Shown here: piece after piece, positions 59,373 to 64,000 of the stretch | How positions within the stretch are numbered: position 1 is the stretch's first letter | Layout: each line of letters starts with the position of its first letter | Assembly (NCBI GenBank): GCA_036679645.1 | Contig: JAZDCY010000028.1 | Coordinates: 1 to 64,000, forward strand | DNA: 64,000 bases | Origin: Gemmatimonadota bacterium | GTDB lineage: Bacteria; Gemmatimonadota; Gemmatimonadetes; Gemmatimonadales; GWC2-71-9 | Direction of reading: 5' to 3' | Made by a program: the position numbers and the translations under genes | The notes under the pieces: model-generated | Databases searched by the model: none | What the model was told of the DNA's origin: nothing | Seen by the model: only the letters and a program-made list of their open reading frames with translations

Positions 59373-60118
59373 CCGTGCGGCCAACGAACGCCGCGCACGA
59401 TCGAGAGCCCGAGCACTCGCGTGCGCGTGAGCAGACGGAGCGCCCGTAACGGACCGCCGAGAACCGCCCGTACACCCTTCCACCGCGCGGCGCGCCAGCC
59501 GCGCAGAAGGAGCTCCACCAATCCGTGTGCGATCCACCCCCCGTCGAGCGCGGCGTCCTCCACTGTCAACTCCACGAACCCCGCCGCGCCCATCAACTGC
59601 TTCCACTCCATGAGAACACGTGGGCGAATCCCCAGTGCTCCGATCTGCGCGGCGGCGTCTTCGCTTGGAGACTGCAGCCACGTCGGGACGACCGCGACCA
59701 TGACGCTCATCGGCCGGGCCACGCGCGCCGCCTGCTCCAGCGCGCGCGCACCGTCCACATTCGCCAGCGCCGGCAGGTAGATGATCGTGAGGTCGAACAT
59801 GTCTGTCTCGTGCGGGAGGTCCTCGGCAGAACCAGTCTGGAACGTCACCAGGTCCGACAGACCTGTCGCGCGCATCGCGTCTTCGGCCGACTCGATCGCC
59901 GCGGGGTCGGGATCGACGCCGGTGACCCGCATGTGAAACCGCTCGGCCCACCACAACACCGAACGCCCCGAGCCGCACCCAACCCACAGCGCCTCAGACG
60001 ACCGATCCGGTTCCGCCAGCCGCGCAATCCGTTCATGGATCGTCTCGGCGACACCGGTCCAGGGTTGGAGAATCGCGAGGACAACAGACGGCGAGAGCTG
60101 CACCGTTGAGACCGTCAT
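59369..60118 (-). CDS. class I SAM-dependent methyltransferase
   Basis: WVGCGSG motif I, VTGVD, AEDLP..FD and ARVARP; overlaps both neighbours by 4 nt. Confidence 0.82.
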   Translation of the reverse strand: MTVSTVQLSPSVVLAILQPWTGVAETIHERIARLAEPDRSSEALWVGCGSGRSVLWWAERFHMRVTGVDPDPAAIESAEDAMRATGLSDLVTFQTGSAEDLPHETDMFDLTIIYLPALANVDGARALEQAARVARPMSVMVAVVPTWLQSPSEDAAAQIGALGIRPRVLMEWKQLMGAAGFVELTVEDAALDGGWIAHGLVELLLRGWRAARWKGVRAVLGGPLRALRLLTRTRVLGLSIVRGVRWPHG

Positions 60119-61056
60119 CGCTGCACGCTCATCGCCTCCACATGCGCGACCGCTGCCGCGGCGATGCGCTGCGGCACGTATCCGCCTTCCAGCACAGACG
60201 CCATTGGCGCGCCGAGGGCGCGCCACCCGGCGGTCCACTCCGCGTAGTCGTCCGGCTCGAGCGTGAACCCGGCGAGTGGGTCGCCTGCCATGGCGTCAAA
60301 GCCCGCCGAAATGAGCAACAACTCCGGTAGCCATCCATCGGTGGCACGCGCCACAGCCTCGTCGAGGTCGGCCCAATAGGATGCGCGGGGCAGTCCCGGC
60401 GCTCGCGGAACATTGAAGATATTCCCTACCCCGCGCTCATCGGCATGACCGGTACCCGGATAGAGTGGCGACTGATGGAGCGAGACAAACCGAATAGACG
60501 AGTCGTGGGCGACCAGGTCCTGCGTACCGTTACCGTGGTGCACGTCCCAGTCGACGATCAGCACCCGCTCTACCCCACGCTCGGCCATCACCGCCCGTGC
60601 GGCAACCACGACGTTATTGATGAAACAAAACCCCATAGCACGTGTGGCAGTGGCGTGGTGGCCCGGTGGCCGGACCGGGGCAAACGCCGGCACCCCATCG
60701 AGCGCCGATCTCGCGGCACCGATGGCCGCGCCGGCGGCGTGTACGGCGGCTGCCCAAGTCGCGGCGTTCATCACGGTATCGGCGTAGGGCTCGCGGCCGA
60801 GGGCACCACCGCCCCCCTCGGCGATCTGCCGGAGGCGCGCCAGGTGTGCCGGTGGATGCACCCGCTGCAGCTGCTCTTCGGAGGCGGGTACCGCGGTCAC
60901 CCAGTCCGCGCGTGCGCCGATCGGAGAAGTCTCGAGAGCTGCCGTGATGGCCCGGATACGTTCGGGTGACTCGGGGTGGTGCGGACCGGCCTCGTGCTCC
61001 ACGGAACTCGGGTGCGTGAAGAGGCGAACAGGAGGGGCGGGGATGGTGTCGGGCAT
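60115..61056 (-). CDS. Zn-dependent histone deacetylase family protein
   Basis: HPESPER, RPPGHHA, GFC, DWDVHHGNGT, SAGFD and LEGGY. Confidence 0.94.
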   Translation of the reverse strand: MPDTIPAPPVRLFTHPSSVEHEAGPHHPESPERIRAITAALETSPIGARADWVTAVPASEEQLQRVHPPAHLARLRQIAEGGGGALGREPYADTVMNAATWAAAVHAAGAAIGAARSALDGVPAFAPVRPPGHHATATRAMGFCFINNVVVAARAVMAERGVERVLIVDWDVHHGNGTQDLVAHDSSIRFVSLHQSPLYPGTGHADERGVGNIFNVPRAPGLPRASYWADLDEAVARATDGWLPELLLISAGFDAMAGDPLAGFTLEPDDYAEWTAGWRALGAPMASVLEGGYVPQRIAAAAVAHVEAMSVQR

Positions 61057-61078
61057 GTCAACGGGGGAATTCCCGGTG

Positions 61079-61345
61079 CTATCGCTGCGCGTCCTCGACC
61101 GCCTGGGAAAGCCGGCGCACCTCATGTCGCAGGGCAGCCCGCGCCTGGTCCAACTCAACGAGTCGTGCCAGGTAGCGCCGCCAGAGGACGACGACGCCGA
61201 CACTCGCGCCCGCGAACACCACGCCCCAGACAATCAACCCCGCTCGCGCCGTCCAGACACCCGCAAGCACCAGCAGAACAGCGTCGAGCAGGAGAAACCC
61301 CGCAGCAAAAATCGTCAGCGTCCGCGCACGCGGCCGACGGGCCAT
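61079..61345 (-). CDS. small 2-TM hypothetical protein
   Basis: Two hydrophobic helices and a C-terminal coiled segment; fills the operon gap. Confidence 0.7.
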   Translation of the reverse strand: MARRPRARTLTIFAAGFLLLDAVLLVLAGVWTARAGLIVWGVVFAGASVGVVVLWRRYLARLVELDQARAALRHEVRRLSQAVEDAQR

Positions 61346-61358
61346 CAGGACCGCTCCG

Positions 61359-61628
61359 TCACCAAACGGGACGCCGCTGGCGAGGGAGAACAATCAGTGG
61401 AGCGCCAGACGGGATCCCGAGATCGCCGACGGTCCGCGACTCGTCCAGCACCTCGGCCCCTCGGTACTTGAGCAGGTAGGCGCTTGCATCCGGTCGCCTG
61501 CCGAGCGCCTCCTCCAGCGCCTCGACCTTCACATCGCCGAGCGCGGTGGTCGGGGAGACGGTCACGGTTACCGTATCCCAGACATCCGGCACAGTGACAT
61601 TCAGCCGCACGTCGGCGCCGTCGCTCAC
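61359..61628 (-). CDS. ubiquitin-like beta-grasp protein (YukD/EsaB-like), no terminal di-Gly
   Basis: Hand alignment to ubiquitin: TVTVTVSP, DVK, G..PD, L..RG, RTVGD.GI, LIVLPRQR; GTGA overlap with the upstream gene. Confidence 0.72.
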   Translation of the reverse strand: MSDGADVRLNVTVPDVWDTVTVTVSPTTALGDVKVEALEEALGRRPDASAYLLKYRGAEVLDESRTVGDLGIPSGAPLIVLPRQRRPVW

Positions 61629-61897
61629 TCGGTCATCTCTTCAACCACGGGCAGCGTCGAGTAGAAGCGATCTATCGATTGCGTAAAGAGAAGCGACGAG
61701 GCGCGCACACAAGTGCCGGCTTCTCCTGCGATCGCGGCAATGGCTATCTCCTCGCCGCCCTGACCTCGAAACGTGGCGAACGTAGGTCCTTCCTCCTCGA
61801 GAAAGGCTCCGACGTGGGGAACGCGCTCCGCGAAGAATTCCTTGGCGCGCTCGATGACCTCTCGCGCCGGCAGCGTCGTAGTTATTTCATGCACCAT
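61625..61897 (-). CDS. small hypothetical alpha/beta protein
   Basis: AGGAGA RBS; 90 aa; FRGQGGEEI motif; coupled to the ubiquitin-like gene. Confidence 0.78.
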   Translation of the reverse strand: MVHEITTTLPAREVIERAKEFFAERVPHVGAFLEEEGPTFATFRGQGGEEIAIAAIAGEAGTCVRASSLLFTQSIDRFYSTLPVVEEMTE

Positions 61898-62066
61898 GGC
61901 AAGTACGTCTCCTATGGGCCACACGGCCACCGGCAAACTAACGCCGCGTCCGGGTCGTTCCCAGCCCAGCGCCTAAAACGAGCGCGGCAACCGTGGACGC
62001 CGGCACCCGCCTCGCATCGCTCGACAGCATGGCTCCACGATGCGTTGTAGGCATCCGACCTGCAAG

Positions 62067-62768
62067 CTACCGCTGCGAGGGTGTCGACGGCCTCCTCCGG
62101 GCGATGGCGCGAGCACAGGACGGTGGGGTCGACACCCGCAACAAGTCGCGCAAGCGCGGCCGGCGCCGAAACACGATGACAACCTCGCCCGGCGGTGGCT
62201 CGTCGATACCGTCGAGTGAAAGGAAGAGCGGAAGTGGGTGGGCAGGGACGTCGACCCCATATTGCTGCCCGTGCCACGTCAACGTGTACCGGGCCGGGCA
62301 GGTTCGTACCAGAACGTCACAGAAGAAATCGTCGTCCACGCGGTAGACATGCTCTGCGATTTCCTCACCGGCGGCATGAAACAGCGGGTCGAAGACGCGG
62401 CCCTCCTGCCGCGCGAAGTTCTGCTCGGCGGCCCAGTCGTAGCGCTCCAGCGCATCGGCGTTCGCGCGCCACTCGAGATGATGCCGCAACTCGTGGGTGA
62501 GCGTCTCCCATGCCTCCTCCCGCCACGAGAAGTTCTCGTCTTGCCCCGCCAACGCGAGAAACGACCCGTGATACAACACGACACGGGATACGACGTCATC
62601 CAGATCGCCATGTATGGGAATACACTCACCGAGCGTGTAGACGTCCGCGAGCGTAGGATGCGGCAGGGCCCGCGGACTCACATCGATCGCCGCAATCCCA
62701 TCCAGATACTCTGCCGGGACCTCGCCGGCGAGTTGTCGAATCAACCGGTCAAACTGCTCGTACTGCAC
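62067..62768 (-). CDS. minimal zincin metallopeptidase (Zincin_1-like) with C-terminal extension
   Basis: VPAEYLDGI, TLGEC, VVLYHGSF and TLTHELRHH. Confidence 0.8.
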   Translation of the reverse strand: MQYEQFDRLIRQLAGEVPAEYLDGIAAIDVSPRALPHPTLADVYTLGECIPIHGDLDDVVSRVVLYHGSFLALAGQDENFSWREEAWETLTHELRHHLEWRANADALERYDWAAEQNFARQEGRVFDPLFHAAGEEIAEHVYRVDDDFFCDVLVRTCPARYTLTWHGQQYGVDVPAHPLPLFLSLDGIDEPPPGEVVIVFRRRPRLRDLLRVSTPPSCARAIARRRPSTPSQR

Positions 62769-62789
62769 CCAAACTCGCCATTCGTAGGG

Positions 62790-64000
62790 CTACTCCTCCA
62801 CCGCTCCCCCCGACCTCCGTCCCAGCCACCGGTTCGCCACCAACAGCAGCACGAAGACAACTCCCCACTGGAGCAGAATCGTGCCCACTGTCTCCTTGCT
62901 GAACGGTTCCAACCAACCCTCGGGATCCCAGCCGCGTGACTGCCACAACCACCACACCAGCAACACGACTGCCTGCAACGGCACCAGCACCCCGATCACG
63001 ATCTCCCACCATTTCCCAATCCGGATATCCGAGTGTTCGTGGTTCAACTGCTCGGCCCGGAAACGCTGCACGCCGTGAGTGATGACGGCAATGGCGAAGA
63101 ACAACCCCGACACCATGAGCGCCACACCCCATACCCAATCCTGGTTGCCGAGAAACTGTACGGAGAACGCCGAGGGAAAGCCCAGCAGGAATCCGGCGAT
63201 GGCGACGATGCGCACGCCCCGCCGTCGATCGACGCCCAGGTCGGCCAAAACGCGTGTCGCGAGTTCGACCATCGCCACGAGACTCGTGAAGGCCGCAAAC
63301 GACAGCGCCACGAAAAAGAGGATCATGAAGAACTGGCCGCCCGGCACGCGCGCAAATAGCTGCGGCATCCAGATGAACGTGAGCCCCTCGTTGGTCGCCC
63401 CAAAGATCTCGGCCTGAATGAGATCGGCGTTCACCGCACCACCGGCGGTGACGGCTTCCTGCAGCGACGGGAACGCGGCAAGGGCCTCGGGGTTGGCTGC
63501 AAGGTCCGAGATGACCGCGAAGACGGTGCTGATGACCATGATGCCCGCCAGGAGCGAAACGATGTTGTTCGCCGTGGGCACGATGAACGCGTTGAGCGCC
63601 GTGTCCTCATTGGGGCGCATGTACGCCGCGTAGACGAGTACCAAACCCCATCCCGCACCCGTGTCCCAGGCATTCTGCGTCAGCGCCTGGAGCCAGATGT
63701 TGGCGTCACCCAACTGGTGCCAGTCGACACTGAAAAGAAACGAAAGTCCTGCACCCGCACCCGGCAACGTGACCGCGTAGCCGGCGAGAAGGACGACGAG
63801 TACCAGCAACGCGGGCATGAGCACGCGCGCCACACGTTCGATGGCCCGGACGCCGCGGGAGACGACGTACGCGGCAAGACCGATCGCTACCGCGTGTGTC
63901 ACTACCGGCCAGATGGACTCGGTGTACTGGGTCCAGAACGCTCCAGGGTCGGTACCCGAGATTTCCCCCGTCACCGACGCCACGACGTAGCGAATCGTCC
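62790..64000 (-). CDS. sodium-dependent transporter, SNF/NSS family (5' end outside window)
   Basis: GVRAIER..LMP, WLQALTQNAWDTGAGWG, GLTFIWMP and FAAFTSL; many TMs. Confidence 0.9.
   Translation of the reverse strand, partial: TIRYVVASVTGEISGTDPGAFWTQYTESIWPVVTHAVAIGLAAYVVSRGVRAIERVARVLMPALLVLVVLLAGYAVTLPGAGAGLSFLFSVDWHQLGDANIWLQALTQNAWDTGAGWGLVLVYAAYMRPNEDTALNAFIVPTANNIVSLLAGIMVISTVFAVISDLAANPEALAAFPSLQEAVTAGGAVNADLIQAEIFGATNEGLTFIWMPQLFARVPGGQFFMILFFVALSFAAFTSLVAMVELATRVLADLGVDRRRGVRIVAIAGFLLGFPSAFSVQFLGNQDWVWGVALMVSGLFFAIAVITHGVQRFRAEQLNHEHSDIRIGKWWEIVIGVLVPLQAVVLLVWWLWQSRGWDPEGWLEPFSKETVGTILLQWGVVFVLLLVANRWLGRRSGGAVEE

Noticed and set aside
61359..62768. Bacterial ubiquitin conjugation (Bil/Bub-type) defence system
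   Set aside because: The Ubl lacks a C-terminal Gly and no E1, E2 or JAB gene is present; the neighbouring peptidase is an HExxH zincin, not a JAB

Overview
GC-rich bacterial chromosomal window, densely coding (~59 CDS). Gene content and order suggest Gemmatimonadota, but this is inference and no search was run. No rRNA, tRNA, CRISPR array, transposase, integrase or prophage is visible. Left to right: four tandem MacB/FtsX-type ABC permeases (third frameshifted), bshB1, a macro-domain protein, cysteine desulfurase-mnmA, a TolB-propeller amidohydrolase, an S9 peptidase, a hybrid histidine kinase with a GspE/PilB-N-terminal-domain response regulator, and two lipoproteins. A long minus-strand housekeeping run follows (nrdJ, ispG, pyk, SRP RNA, dnaX-ebfC-recR-orf-mglB-mglA-pgsA-cinA, grpE-dnaJ). 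Next is an envelope/signalling island (two Hanks kinases, two FHA proteins, PP2C, a peptidase-propeller-Omp85-like protein, a frameshifted amidase, murQ-anmK), then ggt. The window ends with a minus-strand run: SNF transporter, zincin, two small proteins (one ubiquitin-like), HDAC, methyltransferase, priA, pyruvoyl arginine decarboxylase-agmatinase and ccdA. Best leads: the ubiquitin-like protein lacking di-Gly and its coupled partner, the Ser/Thr phospho-signalling module with an FHA-transmembrane-protease, the kinase-TonB and peptidase-Omp85 fusions, a GUGAA-loop SRP RNA, heptamer/octamer intergenic arrays and repeated leaderless-type starts. All product calls are by motif recognition only.
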